DNA of 64,000 nucleotides. It comes from Tagaea sp. Its GTDB lineage: Bacteria; Pseudomonadota; Alphaproteobacteria; CACIAM-22H2. The stretch covers positions 1,771 to 65,770 of the forward strand of contig JBILXZ010000016.1 in assembly GCA_044378015.1 (NCBI GenBank), in the 5' to 3' direction. The notes below the pieces were generated by a model. That model saw nothing but the letters and a program-made list of their open reading frames with translations. It searched no databases and had not been told where the DNA came from. Below, one piece after another: positions 19,578-28,213 of the stretch (positions are counted from its first letter, which is position 1; each line of letters begins with the position of its first letter). The position numbers were made by a program, and so were the translations under genes.

Positions 19578-20945
19578 ATGAATCCCCGCAGCGTCAAGAC
19601 AGCCGAACAGGCGGCCGCCCTTCTCGAGCAGCGCAGCATCGAAAACGTCAAAGTCGGCCTGTTCGACGTCGACGGCGTGATGCGCGGCAAATACCTGTCG
19701 CGCGAGAAATTCGCGAGCGTGCTCGCATCGGGCTTCGGCTTCTGCGACGTTGTGCTGGGCTGGGATTCGAACGACCAGCTCTACGACAACGGCACCTACA
19801 CGGGCTGGCACACCGCCTATCCGGACGCGCCCGTGCGCGTGCTGCCGGACACGTGCCGCGCATTGCCGTTCGAGCCGTCGACGCTGCTGTTCCTCGCCGA
19901 GTTCGCGGGCAAAGCCGAGGCGCTTTGCCCGCGCGGTCTCCTGCGCCGCGTCGCGAACCGAGCAGCCGACATGGGCTATTCCGCCAAGGCGGCGGCGGAG
20001 TTCGAGTTTTTCGTTTTCGAAGAAACGCCCGTTTCGGTGCGCGAAAAGAACTATCGCGGCCTCAAGACGCTGACGCCGGGCTTTTTCGGCTATTCGATGC
20101 TGCGCAGTTCCGTGCACGCCGAGTTCTACCAAGGGCTGCTCGAGACGATGCGCGCCATGGACGTGCCGATCGAAGGCCTGCACACGGAAACCGGCGCGGG
20201 CGTGCTCGAAGCGGCGCTTGTCTACGACGACGTGCTCGAAGCCGCCGACAAGGCGGCCTTGTTCAAGACCTTCACCAAGGTCTACGCGCAACGCCAGAAC
20301 CGCATGGCGACGTTCATGGCCAAATGGTCGCGCGATTGGCCGGGCCAGTCGGGCCACCTGCATCTGTCGCTTCGGGACAAGGCGGGCAACCCCGTGTTCC
20401 ACGACGCCAACGCGCCGCAAGGCATTTCCCAGACCATGCGCCATTTCATCGGCGGCCAGCAGCGCTTGATGCCGGAATTGCTGGCAATGGTCGCCTGCAC
20501 GGTCAATTCCTATTCGCGGCTGGTGCCCGGCTTTTGGGCGCCGACGGCAAGCTTCTGGGGCATCGAGAACCGCACCACGGCCCTGCGCGCGATCCCGGGC
20601 GGGCCGTCTTCGCAGCGCGTCGAGTACCGGATCGCGGCGGCCGACATCAATCCCTATATCGCCCTTGCCGCCGCGCTCGGCTCGGGATTGTGGGGCATCG
20701 AACATCGCATCGAACCGAGCGAACCCATTTCGGGCAGCGCCTACGACGTGGCGCCGCCCGAGGCCCTCAAACTACCGCGCACCTTGGGCGCGGCCGCCGC
20801 AAGACTGGCCGCATCAGAAGCCGCAAAGAAACTTTTCGGCGCGCAATTCGTCGCGCACTATGCCGCCAGCCGCGACTGGGAACAGCGCGAGGCCGACAAG
20901 GCCATCACCGACTGGCAGCTGCAGCGCTATTTCGAAATCATCTGA
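19578..20945 (+). CDS. Glutamine synthetase-like protein (gamma-glutamylamine ligase, PuuA-like)
   Basis: DVDGVMRGK, EFEF, HTETGAGVLE, GQSGHLHLS, NSYSRL, WGIENRT, RVEYR. Confidence 0.85.
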   Translation: MNPRSVKTAEQAAALLEQRSIENVKVGLFDVDGVMRGKYLSREKFASVLASGFGFCDVVLGWDSNDQLYDNGTYTGWHTAYPDAPVRVLPDTCRALPFEPSTLLFLAEFAGKAEALCPRGLLRRVANRAADMGYSAKAAAEFEFFVFEETPVSVREKNYRGLKTLTPGFFGYSMLRSSVHAEFYQGLLETMRAMDVPIEGLHTETGAGVLEAALVYDDVLEAADKAALFKTFTKVYAQRQNRMATFMAKWSRDWPGQSGHLHLSLRDKAGNPVFHDANAPQGISQTMRHFIGGQQRLMPELLAMVACTVNSYSRLVPGFWAPTASFWGIENRTTALRAIPGGPSSQRVEYRIAAADINPYIALAAALGSGLWGIEHRIEPSEPISGSAYDVAPPEALKLPRTLGAAAARLAASEAAKKLFGAQFVAHYAASRDWEQREADKAITDWQLQRYFEII

Positions 20946-20958
20946 GGAAACAACGGCA

Positions 20959-22104
20959 ATGGCGCCCAAAGCCAACTGGAACTACCCGACGACGATATGG
21001 GTCGGTCCCGGTCGGGTCGCCGAACTGCCCGCCGCGTGCAAACGCCTCGGCATCGCGCGGCCGCTGCTGGTCACCGACAAAGGCCTTGCCGCGACCGCGA
21101 TGGTCGGCCGCGCGCTGGCAGCGACGGGGGCGGCCCTGTTTGCCGACGTGCGCGGCAATCCGACGGGCAGCAACGTCGCGGCGGGCGTCGCTGCCCTCAA
21201 GGTCGGCGGACATGACGGCGTGATCGCGTTCGGCGGCGGCTCGGGCCTCGACGCCGCCAAGGCGATCGCGCTGATGGCCCGCCAAGCGCGGCCCTTGTTC
21301 GATTTCGAGGATGTCGGCGACAATTTCAAGCGCGTCGATCCGGACGCCATGGTTCCCGTCGTGGCCGTGCCGACCACGGCTGGAACCGGCTCGGAGACCG
21401 GCCGCGCTTCGGTCATCACCGACGAAGCCGCCCACGTCAAAAAAATCGTCTTCCATCCCAAAATGATGCCGGGGATCGTGATACTCGATCCCGAACTCAC
21501 CGTGGGTTTGCCCGCCAATCTCACCGCCGCCACGGGCATCGACGCGTTCGTGCATTGTTTCGAGGCATTCTGCGCGCCCGGCTTCCATCCGATGGCCGAC
21601 GGCATCGCGCTCGAGGGCATGCGGCTCGTCAAAACGTGGCTGCCGCGCGCGTTTGCGAACGGCGCCGACCTCGAGGCACGCGCGCAGATGCAGGCGGCCG
21701 CCAGCATGGGGGCGGTCGCCTTCCAGAAAGGGCTTGGCGGCGTGCACGCGCTCGCACACCCGATCGGCGCGGTGTTCGACACGCATCACGGCCTCGCGAA
21801 CGCGGTGCTGCTGCCTTATGTGATGCAGCGCAACCGCGCCGCCATTGCCGCGCGCATGGGCATTCTCGCCCGCACGCTCGATCTTGCCTCGCCGGATTTC
21901 GACGCGGTGCTGGCCTGGGTTCTCGAGTTCCGGGCCATGCTCGCCATCCCGCCCGCCCTTGCGGCAATCGGCCTCGACGCCGCGCGTGCCGGGGAAATCG
22001 GCGCCATGGCCGCCGTCGATCCCTCGGCGGGCGGCAATCCCTGCCCGCTCGACGCCGCCGATTTCGCGGAAATCTACCGTGCGGCGGTGGCCGGAAAAAT
22101 TTAA
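20959..22104 (+). CDS. Iron-containing alcohol dehydrogenase
   Basis: GGGSGLDAAK, PTTAGTGSE, DAFVHCFEA, GGVHALAH, HHGLANA; start trimmed to MAPKANWNYP. Confidence 0.9.
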   Translation: MAPKANWNYPTTIWVGPGRVAELPAACKRLGIARPLLVTDKGLAATAMVGRALAATGAALFADVRGNPTGSNVAAGVAALKVGGHDGVIAFGGGSGLDAAKAIALMARQARPLFDFEDVGDNFKRVDPDAMVPVVAVPTTAGTGSETGRASVITDEAAHVKKIVFHPKMMPGIVILDPELTVGLPANLTAATGIDAFVHCFEAFCAPGFHPMADGIALEGMRLVKTWLPRAFANGADLEARAQMQAAASMGAVAFQKGLGGVHALAHPIGAVFDTHHGLANAVLLPYVMQRNRAAIAARMGILARTLDLASPDFDAVLAWVLEFRAMLAIPPALAAIGLDAARAGEIGAMAAVDPSAGGNPCPLDAADFAEIYRAAVAGKI

Positions 22105-22116
22105 CCCCGAGTTAGC
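22101..22116 (+). promoter_or_regulatory. Putative CtrA-binding box upstream of cheZ
   Basis: TTAA-CCCCGAG-TTAGC, one mismatch to TTAA-N7-TTAAC. Confidence 0.35.
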
Positions 22117-22172
22117 TATTTCAAGGCTAGTTTCGGACCCTACCCGATCCCTTCAGCTTTTGCGGACCTGCA

Positions 22173-23069
22173 ATGTCGAAAATCGAGCTCTCCGACGACG
22201 AGTATTTCGCGATCGAAGACGCGCTGCTGAACAGCACGCGCGGCCGGGCCTTCCTGCGCGCGCGCGACGTGCGGTCGCGCGTGGTGGCGGTCGACGAAAC
22301 GCGGCGCATCGCCGCCTCGTTCCGCGAATGGACGATCCGGCAAATGGCGACCGTCAAGGAAACGCAGAGCCTCGAAGTGCTGCGCGCCGAGCTGCAGAGC
22401 ATGGCAGCGCATATCCAGGCGGCCAAAAACGAGATCGCGTCGATCCACATCAAGGATCCCAAGACATCGATCGCCGACAACCGCATCAACAGCGCCACGA
22501 GCGAACTCGACCAGATCGTCGCATCGACCGAGCGCGCGACTTCGGACATTCTCAACGCCGCCGAGCGGATCATGGAAGTGGCGGGCCATTTGCCGGCCGA
22601 ACATGCCGAAGCGGGACAGGTGCTGACCGACCAGGCGACCGAAATCTTCACCGCCTGCTCGTTCCAGGACATCACCGGTCAGCGCATTTCGAAGGTCGTG
22701 AACACGCTGCGCTACATCGACCAACGCGTGAACGCGATGGTCGAGATCTGGGGCGTCGAAAATCTGCCGGCCGCCCCGGCCAAGCCCGACGCCAACGCCG
22801 ACACGCGCCAAAACGCGCATCTGCTCAACGGACCCGCCATGCCGGGCCAAGGGCGTACGCAAGACGAAATCGACGCGCTGTTGGCCGGGGCCGGTTTCGA
22901 TGCGCCCGCGCCGCGCGCCGAGCCGCCGCCGCAGACTGCAAACAAAGCAGCGTCGGCACCCGCGCCCAAAGCGGCGCTGGCCCCCAAAGCGGCGGCAGCG
23001 CCCGAGCCGCCTGCGGCACCGGCTGGCGCTACCGCGTCGCAAGCCGACATCGACAAGCTCTTCGATTGA
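22173..23069 (+). CDS. cheZ: Alphaproteobacterial chemotaxis phosphatase CheZ family protein
   Basis: ELDQIVASTERATSDIL, IFTACSFQDITGQRISKVV (DxxxQ motif), LLNGP, QDEIDALL, Pro/Ala linker, terminal QADIDKLFD. Confidence 0.85.
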   Translation: MSKIELSDDEYFAIEDALLNSTRGRAFLRARDVRSRVVAVDETRRIAASFREWTIRQMATVKETQSLEVLRAELQSMAAHIQAAKNEIASIHIKDPKTSIADNRINSATSELDQIVASTERATSDILNAAERIMEVAGHLPAEHAEAGQVLTDQATEIFTACSFQDITGQRISKVVNTLRYIDQRVNAMVEIWGVENLPAAPAKPDANADTRQNAHLLNGPAMPGQGRTQDEIDALLAGAGFDAPAPRAEPPPQTANKAASAPAPKAALAPKAAAAPEPPAAPAGATASQADIDKLFD

Positions 23070-23128
23070 CGCAAAAACGCGCATATCTGGGCTAGCCATG
23101 GCCCGTCTTCCGGCGTAAAAGCTCGCCC

Positions 23129-24193
23129 ATGGAACAAGCGAAAGCACCCGAAGCGTCGGCCGTCGGCGACGCGAATGTCGGCGACTACGATGCCGAGGGC
23201 CAGGATGCGCTCCATATTCTGCCTTTGAGCATCATCCCGCTCGAGACGCCGGGCCTGCGGCGTCTGCGGCTCATCAAAAACGTGCGGCTCGACTCCGTCG
23301 TCGAACTCTACAAGGACCAGGGCCACAAATCGGCGCAGGTGCCGCTCGACGCGCTCAACAGCGTGTTCCAGAGCTACGGCGAGCAGCTTCGCGCGGACAT
23401 GCCGCTTCTTCAGAGCCTCAGCAGCATTCCCTCGTTCGACGTTTACACGCTTCGCGTGTCGCTGCGGGCCCTCAATCTGCCGATCGACGAGAAGGCCGCC
23501 CTGCAGCTGTCGGAAGCAAAGCGGCGCGAACTCACCGAGCACATGAAAGTGTTCACGCATCCGCTGATCCAGCAGATCTACGGGAACGCGGATTTCGAAG
23601 TGAACGACGTGTCGGACATCATGAAGCTGATTTCGACGCCCAACCGCGACGACGCGCTGAAGAACCTGCGCATGATGTCGCAGAAGCTCAACGTGCCCCT
23701 TACAGAGATCCCGCGCTTCCTGGAGGATTACGGCGACACGTTCCTGTCGCTTGCCTATTTCCGGTCATGCCTCGACAAGGTGGTGCCGCAGGTGCAGAGC
23801 TTCCTCGACTGGGTGAAGCCGCTCGACGACAACCAAATGATCAAAGGCGACCGCACGTCCAAGCAGATGCTCGACAAGACGCGCGATTCGATGTCGGGGG
23901 TCATCATCTCTCTGACCGGCCGCTTCGAAGCCTTCAACCGCAAGAGCGCCGATTTCTGGCGCGACATCAACGCCGACAGTTTCAGCCGCATGAAAGACAT
24001 GGTGTTCTCGAACCACCGGTCGATCGGCGGCGTGCTGTGCGGCCTGTCGGTCAAGATGCAGCTGTGGCGCGACCGCTTCCCGTCGTCCGGCGGCGGGCCC
24101 AACAAGCGGCTCGAATTCGTGCGTTCGGAGGTGGTGCCGGGCATGCAGCTCATCGACGAGCTGGAAGCCGCCGCGCGTCGGAGCAGAGTCTAG
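23129..24193 (+). CDS. Hypothetical cytoplasmic protein (354 aa, predicted mostly helical)
   Basis: Long ORF with host-like codon usage directly downstream of cheZ; no family recognised. Confidence 0.8.
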   Translation: MEQAKAPEASAVGDANVGDYDAEGQDALHILPLSIIPLETPGLRRLRLIKNVRLDSVVELYKDQGHKSAQVPLDALNSVFQSYGEQLRADMPLLQSLSSIPSFDVYTLRVSLRALNLPIDEKAALQLSEAKRRELTEHMKVFTHPLIQQIYGNADFEVNDVSDIMKLISTPNRDDALKNLRMMSQKLNVPLTEIPRFLEDYGDTFLSLAYFRSCLDKVVPQVQSFLDWVKPLDDNQMIKGDRTSKQMLDKTRDSMSGVIISLTGRFEAFNRKSADFWRDINADSFSRMKDMVFSNHRSIGGVLCGLSVKMQLWRDRFPSSGGGPNKRLEFVRSEVVPGMQLIDELEAAARRSRV

Positions 24194-24202
24194 CTCCGCT
24201 TC

Positions 24203-24877
24203 TCAGAATCCGTGCGACAGGCAGATCAACGCCGCGTCGCGGCCGCGGAAATCCATGCGCTTGGCGGTGGCGGCGACCGGCGTCATGATGCCCGAGAGCG
24301 TCTTGAGCGGGGTCGGCATCGGCGCCGAAGCCGCGAACTTGCCGGTCGCTTCGATCAGCGTCTTGAAGGCGCCGGGCAACGAGAAATGGTCGGCGAGCGA
24401 CGTTCCGATCAGGTCGAACTCGCTGCCGTCGAGCAATTCGCGAAACGGCGCGTTGACCCATAGAATCGCGCCGTCGGCGACGGCCACCAACGCCGCCGCG
24501 ACCGGCACCGCGTCGAGCGTCTCGGCAAGACGCGATTCGACCGCCTGCCCCTCGTTTTCGGCCGCCACCGCCAGAGCCAGAAGCACGCGACCGCCGCCAA
24601 GCCCGACGACGTGCAACGGGCCTTCGTATCGCCTGCCAAAGAGCATCGCGGGTGCGCACGCGACCGACGCAACGTTTCCTTCGCCGATCCGGTCCAAAGC
24701 CGCCACAAGTGCCGCAGGCGCATCGTCGCCGAACGCCGCCGCTCCCATTTCGGCGGCGGGAAATTCCTGGGCAAAAAGGCCGTCGGCCCAGACCAGACGG
24801 GCCGCATGCGCGAGCCCCGGTGCCGCCGCCAGGACTGCGATGCCGCCTGCAAGTTCGAATTCGCTTTCGTCCGACAT
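24203..24877 (-). CDS. PAS-domain protein with no output domain
   Basis: C-terminal half LDAVPVAAALVAVADGAILWVNAPFRELL...LIG...MDFRGRDAALICL is a PAS pattern; N-terminal half may be a degenerate PAS. Confidence 0.65.
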   Translation of the reverse strand: MSDESEFELAGGIAVLAAAPGLAHAARLVWADGLFAQEFPAAEMGAAAFGDDAPAALVAALDRIGEGNVASVACAPAMLFGRRYEGPLHVVGLGGGRVLLALAVAAENEGQAVESRLAETLDAVPVAAALVAVADGAILWVNAPFRELLDGSEFDLIGTSLADHFSLPGAFKTLIEATGKFAASAPMPTPLKTLSGIMTPVAATAKRMDFRGRDAALICLSHGF

Positions 24878-25002
24878 GCCTTATCCCCCAAGGTCCGAAA
24901 CAGGACTTAAGCTTTCATGTTAGCCAAGAAAATGTCCGCGCAGAAGCGGCCGTTACGAACATTTCCCAAGACACGCGCCGACGGTCTAGACTTTGGACCG
25001 CC

Positions 25003-25782
25003 ATGTTCGCAAAAGGACCCCTGCTGATCCGCCACGCCGTCGTAACGATGCTCGACGCATTCGCGAAGACGGCGCAGGAATCGGCTCGAAAAAACGGCGG
25101 CAATGTCGACGCCGACGACATTGCCCGAATCTGCGAGGCGATGAAAAGCTCGGGCGAAATCGAGAATTTCTACCGCGCCGTTTTCGGCCAGGTCGTCGCG
25201 TCGATCGTGGAATCGCAGAACCAGAACCGGCGCATCAACGCGTTCGGTCGGCTCGTAGCCCACCCGCTCGGCGATTTTTTCCAGTCGCAACGCCTCGACC
25301 GCACATTGCTGCACAATTTCTTCTTTTTCGTCCAGGCGCTGGTCGGCGAGGCGGAAAACGAGTGGAATGCAGTCTGCGCGCAAGTACTCGACGAGATGCG
25401 CGAGAAGACGGGCGACGCGTTCGCCTGGGAAACCTACTACAGCGATCCGCGCACCTAGACGATTTTCTGGCGCGTGCTGGTTCGCATCGCGCAGTCTTTC
25501 AAGCGCTTCGAAGCGCGCCGCGACTGGTTCTTGCGCATCATGCAGCACAAACAAACGTCGGTGAGCCTCGCCCCCAACAAATACGTCCAGCTTGGAGACG
25601 GACTCGACGTCGCCCAGTTCGGCAAAGACGAGTTCCTGAATCTGTTCGAGAGCCTGTTTGCCCCGGTGAAAAGACTGACGGCGCAGGAAGCCGTGCATTT
25701 CGAAACCGCGACTGGCCTGACGCCGAAAGCGGCTTTCGACCGCTTCTTCGGCGATCTGGACCGATACCGACGCGAACATTGA
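25003..25782 (+). pseudogene. Hypothetical protein (about 259 codons) interrupted by one in-frame TAG at 25456-25458
   Basis: ...GAT CCG CGC ACC TAG ACG ATT TTC TGG CGC GTG...; the ORF ending at 25458 and the ORF 25474-25782 share a frame with continuous coding-like sequence. Confidence 0.7.
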
Positions 25783-25904
25783 CCCCGCCGCCAAGACCTT
25801 CGGAAGATACGCGCTTGTCCAAGCTATTCTTGTCGGCTGCATCGGCGCGCCAGTTTTTTCGCAGCCTTCACGTTTTGTTAAGATATTTAGGATAAATTTT
25901 AAAT

Positions 25905-26309
25905 ATGTTGAAGATAAATCGCCGCACCCGGGTGTTTTTTGCAGCCAGCCTTGTCGGCCTGGCACTGGCAGCCTGCACCAAAACTCCGAGTTTCCAGGGA
26001 AGCCCGCCGCTGTCGGCCGTACCCGACAAGGTCGGCAACTTCACCGCCCCTTACTTGAACGCGATTGTGACGCCCGGCGTCGTCGGCGCTGCGATGCTGA
26101 TCGGACCGAACTTCATGCCCGGACGTTGCGACGAGATTTTTTTGACCGGCGACCGCAAACTCATTTGCGACCAAATGGCCCGCTATTACGACACGCCGCT
26201 GCCCGGCAAGTTGCCCGATCCGAATGCGCAGTATCGCTGCATCCGCACGCTCGGCGGCCTGACAGAATGCACCGACGCGACGCGCCCTGCGCCTACCGTC
26301 GCGCCCTAA
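25905..26309 (+). CDS. Hypothetical lipoprotein
   Basis: Basic N-region, hydrophobic stretch and lipobox LAAC (MLKINRRTRVFFAASLVGLALAAC); 4 further Cys; AT-rich upstream region. Confidence 0.7.
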   Translation: MLKINRRTRVFFAASLVGLALAACTKTPSFQGSPPLSAVPDKVGNFTAPYLNAIVTPGVVGAAMLIGPNFMPGRCDEIFLTGDRKLICDQMARYYDTPLPGKLPDPNAQYRCIRTLGGLTECTDATRPAPTVAP

Positions 26310-26325
26310 CGCCTGTCGCTTCGCA

Positions 26326-26583
26326 TCATTGCTTTGCGTCGGCGGCGGGTTTTTTCGACGCCGCAGACGGGGCCGTCCAAACATTGCCGGACAAGGGCTT
26401 TCCGGGTCCGGCATGGAAAACCCGCGAATTGCGGGTGTTGACCTCTTCGGCTTCTTTGTTGACCTTCGATGGCGCGCTGTTCGGGCGGGCTTCGTCGGCT
26501 GCCGCAGCAGAATTGCTGCCGAGCCCCGCCGAACCTGCGATCGCCAGTGCCGTTGCGAATGCAAGGATTCCGCCGCGCGCCAT
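26326..26583 (-). CDS. Small secreted hypothetical protein (85 aa)
   Basis: MARGGILAFATALAIAGSAGLGSNSAAAADEARP...: signal peptide with AxA site; fills the gap between the lipoprotein and dedA genes. Confidence 0.55.
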   Translation of the reverse strand: MARGGILAFATALAIAGSAGLGSNSAAAADEARPNSAPSKVNKEAEEVNTRNSRVFHAGPGKPLSGNVWTAPSAASKKPAADAKQ

Positions 26584-26700
26584 TTTTCGTCTCCTAAATC
26601 CCGCTTTCGACCCCCTTTTCACGGGGCCCGAACGTGATAACGTCCATCTGCTTTTTACAGCATAATCGGCTGTCGGCAAACTCGACCTAAGGACTGGCAT

Positions 26701-27318
26701 TTGGAACCCCCGGCCGATATCCACGCTTTGATCGCCCAATACGGGACTCTGGTCTACGCAGTCATCTTCCTCTGGACCTTCTTCGAGGGAGAGACCTTCG
26801 TCCTGTTTGCGGGCGCGGCCGCCCAGCAGGGCACTTTGAATGTTTGGATTCTGCTGATCGTCGCCTGGCTCGGAAGTTTCGCCGGCGACCAGATGTGGTT
26901 TTGGATCGGGCGGCGCTACGGCAGCCAGATGCTCGAGCGGCGCCCGAAATGGCGCGCGGGCGTGGACGGTGCGCTCGATATGCTGAAGCGCTACGACACC
27001 TGGTTCATCCTGTCGTTCCGTTTCATCTACGGCGTGCGCAATTTCGCGTCCTTCGCGATGGGCGTCGCGCGCATCGATCCCCTTCGCTTTGCCGCCCTCA
27101 ATTTCGTGGCGGCATTCGTGTGGGCCGGGTCGTTCGTGGGGATCGGCTATCTCTTCGGCCGGGCGCTCGAAGCGATGCTGGGCGACGTCGTGCAGTACTT
27201 CCTCTATGTGATGCTGGGGGTGTTCGTGGGTTCGTCGGCGATCGTCTATCTCGTGCATCGCCGCCACGCGCGCAAAGCCGCCGCACGCCAAGCGGCAAAA
27301 GCCGAAGCCGCCGAATAG
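26701..27318 (+). CDS. DedA family membrane protein
   Basis: TFFEGE, GDQMWFWIGRRYG, FRFIYGVR, FAALN; TTG start with AAGGA RBS. Confidence 0.88.
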   Translation: MEPPADIHALIAQYGTLVYAVIFLWTFFEGETFVLFAGAAAQQGTLNVWILLIVAWLGSFAGDQMWFWIGRRYGSQMLERRPKWRAGVDGALDMLKRYDTWFILSFRFIYGVRNFASFAMGVARIDPLRFAALNFVAAFVWAGSFVGIGYLFGRALEAMLGDVVQYFLYVMLGVFVGSSAIVYLVHRRHARKAAARQAAKAEAAE

Positions 27319-27322
27319 GGCT

Positions 27323-28213
27323 TCAGAGCTGCAGAAGGGCGAGCGCCAGCGCCGCCACGACGCAGGCCATGGCGGCGATTTCGGTCCAGCCGAACGCCTC
27401 GCCGAGCAGAAGCGCCGAGCTCAGCACGCCCACGACCGGAACCGCGAGCGTGCCGATCGACGCAAGCGATGCCGGCAGTATCTCGAGCACGCGATACCAA
27501 GCCCAATGGCAGAAAATCATCGGCACGGTTGCGGCATAGACGAGCCCCGCGACCGACGACGGCGACGGCAGCCCGTTCGCAAAGCCCGCCCCGCCGCCTT
27601 CGAATACCAGCATGCCCACCAGCACCGGCACGCCGCCGACGGCAAGCTGCCAGGCGGTGAGCGCGACGGCCGACATCTCGAATCGCATGGCCTTGACCGC
27701 AACCGTGCCTGCCGCCCAGCCGATCGCGGCCGATAGCATCAGAGCGAGGCCCACGGGCGACTGCGCGAACGCGTCGCCCGCCGGCAGCGCCAACAGTCCG
27801 AGGCCGGCGAGGCCGCAAAGGAGCGCGCCGATCTTGCGAATGCTCAACCGCTCTCCGAGCAGAACGGCGCCGAGCAGCGTCGCCCAGAGCGGCATCGTGA
27901 ACGCGACCAGCACGGCGCGCCCGGCCGACATTGCGACAAGCCCGTAGGCCGAGGTCACGTGCCAGATCGTGATGTTCAGAAACGACGCCGCAGCCAGCGC
28001 CAGAAATCGGCCGCGCGGCAAGCGCAGATCGAGGCCGCGCAGATAGCCGACCGCGAACAGTCCGGCCGCCCCCACGTAGAGACAGATCGCGCGGAAGGTC
28101 CAAGGCCCCGTTTCGGCCACTGCAAGCTTCATGGCCGGCCAGTTGACGCCCCACAACAGCGCCAACGCGGCCAACAGCCACAGACCTTCGCGCCGGGCGG
28201 CAGCGCCGGTCAA
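27323..28213 (-). CDS. DMT/EamA family transporter
   Basis: About 10 TM segments; LLWGVNWPAMK, FTMPLW, LLGERL, LLLGEAF; TTG start overlaps the tusA stop (TTGA). Confidence 0.85.
   Translation of the reverse strand: MTGAAARREGLWLLAALALLWGVNWPAMKLAVAETGPWTFRAICLYVGAAGLFAVGYLRGLDLRLPRGRFLALAAASFLNITIWHVTSAYGLVAMSAGRAVLVAFTMPLWATLLGAVLLGERLSIRKIGALLCGLAGLGLLALPAGDAFAQSPVGLALMLSAAIGWAAGTVAVKAMRFEMSAVALTAWQLAVGGVPVLVGMLVFEGGGAGFANGLPSPSSVAGLVYAATVPMIFCHWAWYRVLEILPASLASIGTLAVPVVGVLSSALLLGEAFGWTEIAAMACVVAALALALLQL

Noticed and set aside
18279-20705. 808-aa minus-strand ORF, and similar long ORFs such as 46040-48577, 7011-9281, 9344-11215, 14949-16847 and 12113-14017
   Set aside because: Antisense or off-frame shadows of well-supported genes. 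Long open frames are expected at this GC content, and the translations are Arg/Ala/Gly-rich with no motifs.
22960-23000. Short direct repeat CCCAAAGCGGCG x2 in cheZ
   Set aside because: Simply encodes the Pro/Ala-rich linker (APKAA); not a repeat element.
25456-25458. Genome-wide TAG recoding (alternative genetic code)
   Set aside because: Many clear genes here end at TAG at the expected family C-terminus (manC, ilvA, dppF, dppC, the dehydratases), so TAG is a normal stop.
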